From Felis catus (taxonomy: Eukaryota): DNA of 64,000 bases. This document shows, piece after piece, positions 9,501 to 23,283 of the stretch (position 1 is the stretch's first letter; every line of letters starts with the position of its first letter). The stretch is taken from contig NC_058368.1 in NCBI RefSeq assembly GCF_018350175.1, positions 111,168,001 through 111,232,000 on the forward strand. Reading direction: 5' to 3'. Under the pieces are notes generated by a model that was not told where the DNA came from, did no database searches, and was given only the letters and a program-made list of their open reading frames with translations. A program made the translations under genes and the position numbers.

Positions 9501-12500
9501 TAAACTAGGGCACCTTGATGTTGATAAAACCAACTGGTTGCCCTATTTTTCACACTTCAGTGGGGTCAACATTGTTAACAGTCCTACTCCAGTTTGCCCA
9601 GAAGTTGTTTTCAGGCAAATTAGGCCCTGGTACTTAAGTAGATTCTTGAGAATCTTTGTATAAAGGGAATGTTCTATTATCTTCATAATTTCAAGTCCAA
9701 GAAATTTCTAATGAGCAAAATGAAAATTACAGCTGGATGATAAAAATGGAACTTGACACTCGAGTTTTTAAAGACCAGGCTGGCATTTTATTTTTCTATT
9801 CCCGACACTCAAATTCATAGGGGGTGAATGATAATAGAACATAATCAAAATAACATACAAACACAATTCAAGGACATTTAACTATCTACTGTAGCTGTTC
9901 TTTGTAAAATACATAAAGGTAAACAGAAACATCTTTATATAAATTATACTTAACAATCTGTATACACTATAAAACCATTGTTAAAATTCACACTGAGATG
10001 CTAGTGCAAGCAGTGGTGTACAAAAGTGCAAACAAGGTTAGTGATGAAAAACTTATCACTGACTTACCACTTCAACAAACTCTGCATTCAGTCAAATACT
10101 GAAGGCCTCACCATGGAAAACACTTTGATCACTTTTAAGGAACATGACTGCATTCACCCTGAGTGCTCTCGCCTCAGCATGGCAACTGACTGCAAGTTCA
10201 GTTTAGGAGCAACACCAGGGAATAGAGAAACCCATGTGAAGTTGGCCGTTCTGATGTGAATCTTCACACTTGATAACGATCACAATTCCAAAGGCAACTT
10301 ATATGTCAAAAGCTGTAGGATTATCACCCCCCTGTACCCCAAAATATTTAAAACTGAAATTAAATTGAATCCTCCCTTCCCCATTAAGATGTATGCTGAA
10401 GAATTCATCCACTCCAGTGCAGCTTTTCTAAAATAATTCTGTGTGAAATCACTCAAAATTCTGCACTAAAATCCATTTGGTTGGGGACACTCCTGAAACA
10501 AAGTTTACTTTGGATAAATTTGCTTACTTGAATTACTTTTGATTCTATTTAAAAATGTGGTCAAAGCCCTGAACAGTATATCAGTGGTATTAAAATGCAC
10601 TAGTTATTTAATGTTCTAAATTATGAGAACAAATTAGTTCGTTCAGAACTGCATCTTCAATAGATTCTGTAGATTCCCTTCATACTTTTTTATCGAGGTA
10701 TGGTGTGGGGGTGTGTGAGGGAGGATGGTTCCAGGATTCAGGAGTGGAAACATGGTTTTAACAAAATCCCAATCACTTTACACAGAGGCACAGTCCCATA
10801 GTCTAAGACCTGTTAGTTCTTTCTTTTTTTGTTAAAAAGCACTAATTTGCATTTCAAAAGAACAGGGATGGAAGCATCACCATGTAGTTTTGAGAATTCA
10901 GACCTTAAATGAAGATAGACCGTTCTTCAAACACTTACATTTACAGCCAAAAAATTAGTTTATAGAAAACATTTAATTCCTTATTAATTTTGTATTAAGG
11001 AATTTATATTTACTGATCTCTATTTTTTCATGCTTTCTTGGAGATTTTTTGAAGCTTCATCAACTTTTACCTAGGTGTAAATGATCCAAACAGTATATTC
11101 TAAATAAAATGAGTACAAGACACCTTGAAAGAGTTCACTTTACATTAGCTATTCTCACTGTACTCCGGTCAAAATATATTTGGCAATGAAGCCTTGCATA
11201 TTTTCATCATGTGACTAACGACTGAAATGCCACAGTGAGTCACAACCAATACAGTTTCAGAACACATAAACCTTTCTCCTGAAACTCTCAAATCATGCCA
11301 ACTAGAATTCTACGTCTTTTAATGATGGAACTTGTGAAAATGATGGGTTTTGAATGTGGCTGATAAAATCATTTTGCAGAAGGCAACAAACACTATTATC
11401 ACAGCTGTTACCCTATTTTAATGATTTACAAGTAGATGGTGTTCTGGAAAACACTATAAAGTGTGAGCCTGCTGGAAACTAACAAACACCATTGTAAACA
11501 ACATTAAATTTGTACATATACATAGGCACACAAAACTAAAATTGACATCTATGTAGGCAATATCTGAATTCATACATCTTTGGCACTCAAACATACTGGG
11601 TCAACCAAGCCAATGGTGAAGAGTATGTTTTCATATACTTTACAAAATGTCTTGCCCCAATTTTTAAAAATGCTGTGATCTCCATTCTAAAAATTAACTG
11701 AGATAAAGACAAACTGGAATCAATTTAAAAAATTATCCGAAAGCATAATTAACAGCAGTCCCTGAAACAGGCATGGGGTTAAGAATTTCATTAAAAATGA
11801 AAAAGTGGGCTGAGACTTAGTCTTTTAGAGTTTTAGACTTAAGATTTTAAGACATCTTTTGAGCAGTGCCTGATATATATGGAATCCAATCTTGTATACA
11901 GCAGTGTTAACTACATTTCACACCTTACAGTGTAAGGTACAAAATTAACCTATGTACCCAATGCTACCATTTATCCCCAGAATACTCTGCAGGTGGACCT
12001 ACTTGCACAGACACATACACAGTATATGTTTCCCCCGTGTGCTTCTACTGTTTTTTGCCATTCTCTTAATTTGCTGCTCTTCAAGGGGAGCAGTGACTCA
12101 GTGTATGGACTCTGAGGAGCTGGAAGAGCAAGATGGTAAGCCCAATGGCTTGGGGACTCTGCAGGCCCATCTCTCTGGAGCTGCGGGAAAGCCAGGTGCT
12201 GTTACGTGCAACGTCATTTCTGGATGTTCAGACTGTAAGAATCTTACATCACTGGAAAAATACCCACAGTTTAGCTGTGGTCCACAAAGTGACTTTGTTT
12301 CTTTGATCCCAGTGTTAGAACTAGAATGAGAACTCTGGAGCAAGATATTTGGTACCAGAAAGCATTTTTCCTCTTTAGACAAACTAGTAAGCTTTCTCCT
12401 TTATACCAGTTTATGATACAGGTAACTGACTTTTCAATATCACAAGATAAGGAAATAGTTGAAGAAAAGGTGTGTCCTTGTTGGTGCTGAAGACAGATAC

Positions 12501-12567
12501 CAAAAATGAGAGGCAGGTACCTTTAATAAGGCCTAGTTCTGTTTAGTCAGGACACTTGAAATGAGTA

Positions 12568-12666
12568 CTTTATTTAAGTAAGCTCTATACCCAACACGGG
12601 GCTTGAAACCACAACCCCAAGGTCAAGAGTCACATGCTCTACTGAATGAGCCAGCCAGGCGCCCCT
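12568..12666 (-). mobile_element. Short SINEC inside the SAR1B long 3' UTR
   Basis: gagccagccaggcgcccc end; TSD-like agtacttta. Confidence 0.85.
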
Positions 12667-13281
12667 AGAAGTACTTTAAGCACAGGTGGCAAAATAAGCC
12701 AGGAGGTTGATACATCATTTTGTACTTGTCCCACGGTGCCACTGAGGATTCTAAGCAGGGAGGAAGCTTGTATTTTTCATTTGGAAGGAAGCTTAAAGTG
12801 AAATAGAAGAGCCAAATTACTAAAACCCAATGTGAAATGAATGACCTTATTGGTTTGGCTACTGGTAATTCCTTCCAGTCATATTCATCAATCCTTATCT
12901 ACCTCGTATCTTACCTCATTGATGACAGAAAGGACTCTAATACATGGTTTGGAAAACAGCTACAGAAAACACTAATTCTGATATTAAAATTATTCTTGAT
13001 GGAAGTGGAGCAATCTATTCTCAAAGGAATTGGTTACATACACTATAAATCTTAGTTTATAACCAAGAAAGAACTATCTTAAGTTTGAGAGTCTTTAAAA
13101 ATACATATTTGGCACTTTCAGCTTATTTGAGTAATTATGAGAATCTCTGACATGGGAAACAAAAACCCCTTCAGTTTCTTAGAAAATTGAAGTGATTTAA
13201 AAAACTAAAATTTTGTTAGTAAGTCTATCACGCTTGCAGACACCATCACACCACAGGCATTACATCTAAAACAAAAACCTT

Positions 13282-13493
13282 GGGGCGCCTGGGTGGCTCA
13301 GTCGGTTGAGCGTCCGACTTCGGCTCAGGTTAGGATCTCACGGTCTGTGAGTTTGAGCCCCGTGTTGGGCTCTGTGCTGACGGCTCAGAGCCTGGAGCCT
13401 GCTTCAGAGTCTGTGTCTCCTTCTCTCTCTGACCCTCCCCCGCCCATGCTTTTTCTTTCTCTGTCAAAAATAAATAAAACATTAAAAAATTTC
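13282..13493 (+). mobile_element. SINEC inside the SAR1B long 3' UTR
   Basis: Full ggggcgcctgggtggctcagtcgg head, CT-rich segment, A tail. Confidence 0.92.
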
Positions 13494-13506
13494 AAAAAAG
13501 CCTTTG

Positions 13507-13630
13507 TGGGAGGGGGGATGGGCTAAATGGGTAAGGGGCATTAAGGATCTACTCCTGAAATCAATGTTGCACTATATGCTAACTAATTTGGATGTAAATT
13601 AAAAAATAATAAAATTAGTTAAAAAAAAAA
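13507..13630 (+). mobile_element. Severely 5'-truncated young carnivore L1 3' end
   Basis: gggatgggctaaatgggtaagggg...gttgcactatatgctaactaatttggat + A tail; TSD aaaaaagcctttg; same family as the L1 at 55.8 kb. Confidence 0.85.
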
Positions 13631-14849
13631 GCCTTTGCACTATAAAGAGCTGAGAACAATTAAGAAAAAAGAAAATGAAATACAAGTATTCATTTATTTC
13701 TACCAAAAAATAAAATGTGCCAAACAATGCAGAAGAGCTATAGATAGGACCAGAATCCTCACCCATCTCTGACAACTGAAGCGGAAGAGGCTTTCTTTTT
13801 CCTCACACATACAGGCCTCCACATTGAAACTAGGCACAAAGATCCTGCTTGTCCCCCACCCTGGGAGTACCATTATGTAAAAGGGAGTGGGGAGTACCTC
13901 TAAACGTGGGGAGCCTGGTGCCTGTCACTACTTTTGGTCAAAAGGCACAAATTAACAAACTAGGCACCAATAAGTTTGGAACGCTTCAGAATTAGACTAG
14001 AATCGAGCTTTAGAACCTATCATACCCCAGATTAACCTTGTGTTGTACCAAAAGATGTGCTTTTCTTCAGAAGGCCGATCCCACAGCAACAAGGACATGG
14101 ACCCCATCAGCACTACTAACGGTAGCATTACTGTTAAAAATACACATGATTCAGAGATAAATGTGGTATAAGTTGCAACTGAACACAACTGGTCTCCTGG
14201 TAAACGCAAAAGCCTCTAGGGACTTAAACATTCTAAAAATTCTGAAGCCTTCTCCTTTCCCCACAACCTCCTCATACGTATGATGTTGCTCTACGACACA
14301 TTAAAATGAAACATCTGCCCAACAAAGATGCCAAACATTAGGGTTTGTTTTATTGCATGACGTTTGCATAAGAAAAAATATTGAAAACTGTAAGGCATCA
14401 TGCAATCATCAATAAGCTAATTATTAACTGTACACTTAAGATAGGTGGGCATATAATCTAAAATTTAAAAACTAGTTCCAAAATAGTACATAAAAATTTA
14501 ACATGATGAGCTTTTAAATATGGTTTACATTTGTAATTTCACGTTGTTAAAAAGTGCTTCAAATGTACTGCTGGAAAGTTGTTCTTTACAAATGGCGCTG
14601 GGGGTAATGTCAGATTATAAACTGTAAAAACTAATTAGTTTTATGGAATTAGAAAGCTAACATTGTGATATTCAAACTTACATTGAATTAGTTTTAAATT
14701 TGCACTCAAATTAAGTTGATATAATATTAATCTAAAAAACATCTGTTTTCTAACCAACAAAAGTCTATTGAATTCAAGTTATGCATGTTGAGTGATCAAA
14801 TCTCTGAGTAGGCCTGAATGGTGAGACCTGGAACTGATGCAGGTTGTTG

Positions 14850-14966
14850 TTAATCAATGTACTGTGCCATCCAGCGGAAACCTTCGCCGTAACCTTGCCT
14901 TTTCAGCACGCTGCACATGAAAACTTCTAAGGGTCGGGCATTCAGTTCTTTCAGTGATACGCTGCC
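14850..14966 (-). CDS. SAR1B: SAR1B last coding exon; [38 protein letters not shown]
   Basis: 117 nt to TAA; the exons total 58+120+66+104+132+117=597 nt = 198 aa + stop; C-terminal WMAQYID and N-terminal FDWIYSGF are SAR1B-type rather than SAR1A-type. Confidence 0.97.
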   Translation of the reverse strand, partial: GSVSLKELNARPLEVFMCSVLKRQGYGEGFRWMAQYID

Positions 14967-16045
14967 CTAGAAGGGAAGACAGACATTATGATGGATGACT
15001 CCTTTAGGAAATAAAAGCTCCACTTTACAGCAGAATTGCAGCTTATACATCTTAGAACAAAGGGTGACTGTGCCTAAGCCATGGGTGTTGGGCATACAAG
15101 TCCCCTAGACACACAGGAAACCTCTCTCTTCTCAGTGGGGAAGAGGTGAGCTTGTGAAGCACACAAGAATGAAAATAATCTTTGACTTGAAAAAAAAAAA
15201 TGACCCAACCTGGCTTCGCTAATATTAAAGACAAACATTTTCTGAGTACGTTTATGACTAAACAAGGCCATCTCCTAAAAATGGGGAGTTGACTTACTGA
15301 AAAGACACAGAAAACACACCAAAGTCTACCCTAACATAGGAGTCTCCTTCCAAAGACTGTAGTATGTCTCTACTCTGAAAGAATAAATATAACCAAGGAA
15401 ATTTTGTGAACTCTGAGATTTTCCAATACTAAGGTCCCTCCCCCAAATAAATACTAGTAGAAATGCATGCAAAAATAATGTATCTTGAAGCTTATTATAA
15501 AGTATTATGTTTACAAAATCCCCCAAACACTCCTGTGTTCAATTTTACATTTTATTTTGATCTCTGATGAACTCAGGGCCTAAATACACGGCCAGAATGC
15601 TTAAACGTTCAAGTACATTCTTTAGTGGCTAATTCTGAAAATCTATGATGAATAAAACTCTGGAAGCTTTAATTTAGTTTCCCATAAGCATGAGCTTTGA
15701 TATGTTTATCACCAAGAAAAGGTTTCATTCAGTGGTAGAAATATAACCCATGAGGACATTAAAAAAGACCAAAATGTAGAAAGGACAGTTTTTAAGGGAA
15801 AAAAAAAATTTAAAAAGACATTTGGTTGTACACTTGAAACTAATGTTACAGGTCAATTATACCCGACAACAACAACAACAAAAAGGCAGACCACCAGTTG
15901 GGCTAATAATAACCATGATTACTATTAGCACTAGTATTGGAATACAGTATTTCAGAAGATAAAAATAAATAAAACATTAAATTAAAAGACACTTATACTG
16001 TCAAATGAAATAGTCACACTTGTCCAAAAAAATTATTTTATTTAC

Positions 16046-16177
16046 CTTTCCTGTTGTCTGACCATATAAACCAAACATCTCTCGCAACCTCTCTTCACTG
16101 ATGGCTTCAGGTCTGTCAATCTTATTCCCAAGAATCAATATAGGCACATTAGCAATGGTTTCATCTGTCATCAGTGA
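16046..16177 (-). CDS. SAR1B: SAR1B coding exon 5; [44 protein letters not shown] (NKxD motif)
   Basis: 132 nt, AG/GT boundaries; visible in ORF 16001..16315. Confidence 0.98.
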
Positions 16178-16341
16178 CTGAAATAAAACAAAAAATGAAA
16201 GACAAGATGTTGATATGAAACCATCTAAAAGGCTCATTATGACAAGACCCCAAATGAGTATCAAAGACTCATACTCTATCATAATCATGTCAGTTTTGGA
16301 AACTATCTTTGGCAAACTTTTCCCACATTTGAGTGAGCTCA

Positions 16342-16760
16342 GAGGCGACTGACTGGCTGGCTCAGTCAGTAGAGCATGTGACTCTTGATCTCGGGATTTT
16401 GAGTTCGAGCCACACCTTGGGTGTGGAAATTACTTAAAAAAAATAAAATCTTAAAAAATAAAAAATAAAAATAAAGTGAGCTCAATGAAACCATTAGCTC
16501 AATTCTTCTGTTTCCCTAAAGTTCCTTCTGTAAATGCTCAACTCCACTCACTCTGAATCACTAAGGTACTAAAATGAACACCTTGAAGGTGGGCAGAACT
16601 GGTTTCAATTCTAGTTCTGCTGCTTATGAATTGTGAGATCTTGGATAAATAAGCCTCATTGAAGTTCAAAGAGAATTTAGAATAGTAGCACCTACCTTAT
16701 GGAGTTGATTTGAGAATTAAATGAGTTAATATACACGTGCCTGGCACAAAGTAAGTAGTC
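16342..16760. mobile_element. Short SINEC (~16342-16475) and MIR (~16580-16760)
   Basis: ggctggctcagtcagtagagcatgtgactc; MIR core cctaccttatggagttg...gagaattaaatgag. Confidence 0.75.
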
Positions 16761-17367
16761 AGGAATTCCCTGACCCTGTTCCATGACCACAGAACCTACC
16801 TGGACTTTTCCACATGAACAATTATTTACTTGCCTGCTATAGGAAGACACATGGTCAGGTCAAATCATGCAATTTCTTTCTCTGTGGTCCCAGATCTAGC
16901 CCTGGCCCTCCCTGCTGTTCTGAATCCCTTTACGAAGCAGCTGTCCTGGGAGAGGAGAGAAGTGGCTACACGTGACCTGCTCACTCCTGGAAGTGGTGAC
17001 AAAGATAGTATGTTATACCATTTCCAGGTTCCAGACAACTCCCGAAGAAAATGGCATCCTAGGATGATCAGGGACTCAAGACCAAACCACTCCAGGTATG
17101 TTGCAGACATGAAATAAAATACAAGGCACGCTGCACAGAGTGAGCTTAGGTCTTCGGGAAGAAAGTCTGTGTTAGCACTTCCTCCATAGCTACAATTATT
17201 CTAAGCTACTGTCTCTGCATTCCTAGCAGAATAATCACTGAGCTCCACAAACTGCCAGGAGTTATATCAGAGGCTGCACAAAAGTTGCACTCTGATACTT
17301 AGATCTCCAACCTATTTCCTCAAGTTTACCAGAATGATTCAACTATGTTTAGTTTTAGTTAACTTAC

Positions 17368-17471
17368 ATCAAGTTCTTCTTTTGATTCTAACAGCCTTTC
17401 ATGGTCTGCACAATCCACCAGAAATACAATGCCATTGATAGCAGGAAGGTAGTTTTTCCACACTCTTCGAG
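17368..17471 (-). CDS. SAR1B: SAR1B coding exon 4; [35 protein letters not shown]
   Basis: 104 nt, AG/GT boundaries, hand translation. Confidence 0.97.
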
Positions 17472-18963
17472 CTAACAAAAACAATCAGGAGTTAGATTTT
17501 ATTTGCTGGTCAAACCTAGCAGATGGTTTGATGGAAGAGTCCAACAAGATTTCAAGTGTAATTATCTCTTAGATGCTACTACTTCACTCAAGTTAATCTT
17601 TAACCTGGTGTTGCTAAATCTTTCCAGAAGAACAAGAAAGGCTTTCCTCGATGTGAGCAAGTCAAATACTTCACTCTGTCCCAATTTTCCCATGTTAGAA
17701 GTGGAATTAATATTTGCTACCAATGGACAATGATGCACATTAAATTCATTGGATGACTGCTATTTTTTATATGCGGTATTCATTTTTTGACATTTCTAGT
17801 TTATCAGTTTTTTTGGCCACTGATAAATTTGTAGTCAGTGACAGAAGGAAGTCAGTACTGGGTACAGATTTGTTAAAACAAAAGCTAACTGTGTAACAGA
17901 AATTAACTAAAGTCAATGAAACCATTCAGGTAATATTTTCCATGACGGTTTTTAAAGGAAAGTTTTAGGGGTGCCTTATGGGTAAGCAACTTTTTTCTAA
18001 CTTCAGTTTTATGACATATCTTAAAAACAATACAGACATTAAGTCTCAGACAAACTCCCTTAGGTTCCAATTCTCTCCAACCATTATATTCTGGAAAGTA
18101 CTTCATATATATTTCAAACAATTATTATGTCTCCAAATGTGCATTCACTAGCCACAACCTCTTAAAATCTTTTCAACTGTTTGTCATAAGAGGTTTTTAC
18201 AATGCCCACAAACTTGGTAATATTCATTATTTATGAATTACCATGTGCTGGGTACTGCCATGTCTTTTGAGGGACATAAAAAACGGATTCTAGTTCCAGA
18301 AAGTTTAGTAGAAGAGACAACACAGTCTTTTCCAAACTTGCAGACGTTTACACAGATGCACTAAACACCACAGAAGTACAGTTGAGAGCACTCATAGGTG
18401 AGAGTGGCTTCTCAGGGGCAGTAGCCACAATTATACTGGGCCCTGAAGGTGGGTTACTCATGTGCAGATGGGGGTGGCATGAATTAAAAACACAAAGGTG
18501 GGAGAACACCAAGGGGTTTGGTTTGGTTAGAGTACAGAGAATAGGAAAGGGAACAGTGGAAAATAAAGAAAAAAAATAAAGTGGGATCAGATTGCAGAGA
18601 TCCTCAATGCCAGGTCAAGGAGTTTGGTTTTTTTTGTAGGTCAGCCATTGAAGGTTTTTAATGCATAGCAATAACATCATAATGTAATTGTGACCATCAG
18701 TGAGAGATGGATTGGAACAGAGAAGAGAACCTCAATTTTGCTTACACACTTTACACCAAAAGCAATTCAGATTTAAATTGACCAGGGGTATCATAAAAAT
18801 CACACTTTGCTTTAAAGCTTATCTGGGGATAATAATTTTTAAATTTTAAGTCTACTCTGGCCTTTCTTGAATAGAATGAGATTTCATGCACAGGAAAATA
18901 ATGGCTACATTTTTATTATGTTAAAATAAAATAAAGCTATTTATAAGAGTCATAGAATCTTAC

Positions 18964-19029
18964 CTTGAACATGTCCACCCAGATCAAAAGTTGTAAAGGT
19001 CATGCCAGCAATGGTTAGTTCTTCTGAAG
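18964..19029 (-). CDS. SAR1B: SAR1B coding exon 3; [22 protein letters not shown] (G3 motif DLGGH)
   Basis: 66 nt, AG/GT boundaries, hand translation. Confidence 0.97.
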
Positions 19030-19158
19030 CTAAATAATAATACAAAATATTGTTACAAGAAAATCAGATTCCATTCATGGTATATATTGCTACTTTGGTT
19101 TATTTTAACTGCAAATAAGTTCAAATCAAACATTTAGGAATTGATAAAAGAATTTGTT

Positions 19159-19352
19159 GGGGCGCCTTGGTGGCTTAGTCAGTTAAGTGTCTCGATTTCG
19201 GCTCAGGTCATGGTCTCACGGTTTGTGGGCTCGAGCCCCACATTAGGCTCTGTGCTGAGCCTGCTTGGGATTTCTCTCTCCCAGCCTTTCTCTGTTCCTC
19301 TCCAACTTGTATTCTCTTTATCTCTCTCAAAATAAACATAAAAAAAAAAAAA
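19159..19352 (+). mobile_element. SINEC
   Basis: SINEC head and A tail; TSD-like aaaagaattt. Confidence 0.9.
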
Positions 19353-19639
19353 GAATTTATTGTAATTAGATATACTCCAAATTATATTGACAGTTTAATA
19401 CAAGTAATGGTAATAATCTAGTATTCACTACCCACCACAAATCCAACACTTTTGTTTTTTCCTTCTCTATTTTTCCTGCTGAAAATATTAACTATTCAGA
19501 TAATTATTTGCTGTGAATTCAAGTAACTGTTTCAACCTAATAATATTTCCTGTAACTCATTTTAGATGCTACCAGGGAAATAATTTTCCCTTGTAGCTCT
19601 CATATTATGCAAGTTACAGTCTTTAATGATAACACAACT

Positions 19640-21490
19640 TTAATAAACATTCTCAGCATTATTTCTTCAAACTGTTTTCTGTTCTCTCCCTTCTTCTGGG
19701 ACTTCAAATGTAAGTTTGCTAGACTGCTTGGTATTGTCCCACAAGTCACTGAGTGTTCATTTTCTTTTCATTTTTCTCTCTGTGCTTCATTTTACATAGT
19801 TTGTTTTGTGTTAAGTTCACAAGTCTTTCCTTCTGCAGTACTGGCACTAATTTACTATTAGCCTTGTCTAGTAAAGATTTCATTTCAGGTATTAAGTTTT
19901 CATTTCTACAAGTTCCACTTGGTTCTGTCTTATATCTTCCATTTCTTTCCTCATTCTGTTCACATTTTCCTTAAATCCTTAAGCACATTCTTCACAGCTG
20001 TTTCAACATCCTTATCTGTTAATTCCATCATCTTAGTCACTTCTGGGTCTGTCTCTACTGATTAATTTTTCTCTTGGTTGTGGATCTCACTTTCCTGCTT
20101 CTTTGCATGTCTAGCAATTTTTTATTGGATGCTAGACATTGTTGTATTCTTTTGAAGCAATGTGAACTTTATTCTGGCAGGAAAACTGCTTGCAGATCAC
20201 TTTTTAAGTTTTGTTAGGTTAAAGTAGTCTTTACTTTACAGCTACTTCAGCCCCATTACTAAGGTATGATTCTTCTGAAGTCTCTTTTGGAATGCCCTGT
20301 GTATTCAACCAGGTTTCTGCCTTCTGGCTGGTGGGAACATGAGTGATTCCTGGCCCCATATGAGCTCTGAGAATTATTTGGTTAACAGCCCTGGTACAGT
20401 TATTCTTTCTCCAGAAATTTTTCTGTGACTGGCCATGGGGAGTTTTACCCTGTGCACACAGATTGGTATTTAGCCACAAACATTGCTGGAGTTCTTTCTC
20501 TGCAGAGCTCCTTCCTCTGGTACTATGCCAAGCAAATTCTCATCACCTCAGCATCCCCATATTCTGGTCTCTGTCTCAACTCAGCAAGACTACTGTGTTT
20601 TGTTTGGGTTTCCTCTCCCTGCACCATGGTCTGAAAAGGATCTCTGTGATAAAGCTTGGATACAGAAAGGTTTTCCATCTCTCAGGAACCATAGTCCTCT
20701 GCTAGATATTGTCCAGTTCTGAAAACACTTGTATGTATTTCTGTCCAGTCTTCTAGCTGCTTACAGTGGGAGGGTAATGCCAGACACTCTTACTCCATCA
20801 GAACCAAAAGCAGAAGTCCCTACGATCATAATGAAAGGCTCGGTGTAATTTTAACTCTTCATTACACCTGCTGAAGCCCCAGGGTACTTTCTTGTTAAAA
20901 AATTATTTATGTAGACTCCTAAGTGAATGAATAATCAATACAGTTTGTGTTCAAATTGTGTTTCTTTCCACAAGGAAAATATAATGCTTGGATGTAGCTG
21001 GGAAACCACCTTTATGGTTACAATCCTTAATAGACTCCCTACTTTATAAAAAGTCCCAGTTTAAGACACAGAAAACTCTTAATATCCCAGGAAGTCTTCC
21101 CCTTCCCAGTCAATGTCCACTCCCAGAAGCAATAATTCCAGCACCACAGGTTTGTTGTGCCTATTCTACAATTTCATATAAATGATACCATAAAGTATGT
21201 AACTTTTTGTGACCAGTTTCTTCCATGCAGAATATGCACCATATGTAACAGTTTATTCCTCTTTCTTATTGAATAGAATTTCACTGTTTATCCTTTTTTT
21301 TTTCTTTTTTTTTTTTCTTTTTATGGCTATTTGAGCTGTTGGGGGTAGTTGGGGGATATTACAAATAATGCTGGCATAAACACTGTTGTACAAAGATTTT
21401 GGTAAAAATATGTTTTCATTTCTCCTTGATACACACTTAGCAATGGAACTGTCAGATCATAGGGTAGATACATGTTACCTTTTCACATAT
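19640..21490 (-). mobile_element. Old degenerate L1 fragments (~19640-20810 and ~21070-21490)
   Basis: T-rich antisense-L1 texture (attatttcttcaaa; ttctgggtctgtctctactgatt; acaaataatgctg; tgttttcatttctcct). Confidence 0.6.
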
Positions 21491-21664
21491 GCTTTTGATT
21501 AATGCAAAATGTAAGATAAAATGAATGTGAGCTGTAGGAAAGTTGAGATGGCAACTATTTTGTGCCACTGCTTTCAGTCCTGGTACTTAGAATAATGTGT
21601 GACATAAAGTAGGTACTCAAATATTTGTTGAATAAATGAGAGCAATATCAAAAAATTTAAAAAT

Positions 21665-22970
21665 GGGGGCACCCGGCTGGTTCAGTCAGTAGAGCGTACA
21701 CTGTATGTCTGAGCCCCACATTGGGTATAGAGATAACTTAAAAATAAGATCTTAGCCCCACTCTTTTCCCAATATAAAAAAATTTTATGAAGTTTTCCTT
21801 TTCCAACTTCACTATCAATTTCATCGATAAAATGGTACTTTTTGTCATTGTTCTCTGTCCTTGTTCTCTGAATATTTACTGAATTAAATAACTATCATAT
21901 TATCCACTTTTTGGCCCTGTTCTCAATTCTATTCTCATTTTTATTAAAAATTTTTTTAACATTTATTCATTTTTGAGAGAGACAAAGCATGAGTGGGGGA
22001 GGGGCAGAGAGAGAGGTAGACACAAAATCTGAAGCAGGCTCCAGGCTCCAAGGTGTCAGCATAGAGCCTGATGTGAGTCTTGAACTCACAAACTCTGAGA
22101 TCATGACCTGAGCCAAAGTTGGATGCTTAACTGACTGAGCCACGTAGGCATCCCTTTTATTTTTATTTTTTTAAGTATATTTATTTTGATAGTGAGTGAG
22201 TCAAAGTGAGCAGGGAGAGGCAGTGAGAGAGGGAGAGAGAGAGAATCCCAAGCAGGCTCCACATGGTGAGTGCAGAGCCCAGTGCAGGGCTTGATCTCAT
22301 GAACTGTGAGATCATGACCTGAGCTAAAACCAAGAGTTGGACTATTAACCAACTGAGCCACCCAGCCACTCAATAAAACTATTAAAATTCATTTTACTCT
22401 ATGTTGACTTGATTCATAGACTTTTCAACAGTAAAAGCAAGGTCACAGATATTTATAAGGCATATGTTCTAATAATTTTGTCACTTTAATGTTTACTTTA
22501 TATAAAGGATAATATGTATTATATAAAGGATGGTATGTATTAAGTGATTTACAGAATCATTGTTAATGTCTTTCAGGGTAGTCTGTCTTAAAGAAACCAC
22601 AGTAAATTATTTTTTTAAACTGTTTTAAAACTTTGTATAAATGTATCAATATGTGCCCTGTTTTTTGGAATAATTCTATAGTCTTTATATTAGATACTGT
22701 TGAGGTTTCTCAGATTAGAAAAATAACTGGTTAATAAGTTGAGAGTAACTAACAAAGTATAATATGACTATAATCTGTCCACACTGAAAAAGGATTAAAA
22801 TAGTAGTTTTAAAATGTGAAAGAAATTAGGTTATCTAGACAAGGTAATGGTGGGGGCGCCTGGGTGACTCAGTCAGTTAAGTGTCTGACTCTTAATCTCA
22901 CGGTCCTCAGTTCAAGCCCCATGCTGGGCTCTGCAATGGGCATGAAGCCTACTCAAAATAAATAAATAAA
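21665..22970. mobile_element. SINEC cluster (~21665-21750 +, 21950-22155 -, 22160-22370 -, 22852-22970 +)
   Basis: SINEC motifs; TSD acaaggtaatggtg around the last copy. Confidence 0.85.
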
Positions 22971-23283
22971 CAAGGTAATGGTGACTATTTATAGCCTAAG
23001 CAGTATCTGGTTGGATAGACCTCAATCATGTTATAATCCCCGAGAAAGTAACCTTAATTCCTCTATCTGGAGAAGGGTGTACAAACTGATAAGAAGATAG
23101 GAGTATTATTTCAAGATCTAAATATACACCCTGGGAGTGGGTCAGCTATTATTTACTGTATTATTTTAATAGGTCAAATCACCTGATCACAATTATCCAC
23201 CAAAACCCAAAAAACTTTTGGTTAGTGCCTATGAATTATTATCACTTAATAAAGTAGTTTGTTGCATGGGGGAATATACTTAC

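Larger units (their letters stand above)
9770..14849 (-). other. SAR1B: SAR1B 3' UTR (long form), with poly(A) signals AATAAA at 14349-14354 (proximal) and 9787-9792 (distal)
   Basis: TTTATT on the + strand at both sites; AT-rich and comparatively repeat-poor 5 kb; the 3' end is inferred. Confidence 0.65.

Noticed and set aside
11952..12382. ORFs of 125 and 94 aa in the SAR1B 3' UTR
   Set aside because: No recognisable homology or supporting gene structure
14958..14960. SAR1B Val163 (Ile in human as recalled)
   Set aside because: Conservative change; the ORF and all splice sites are otherwise intact
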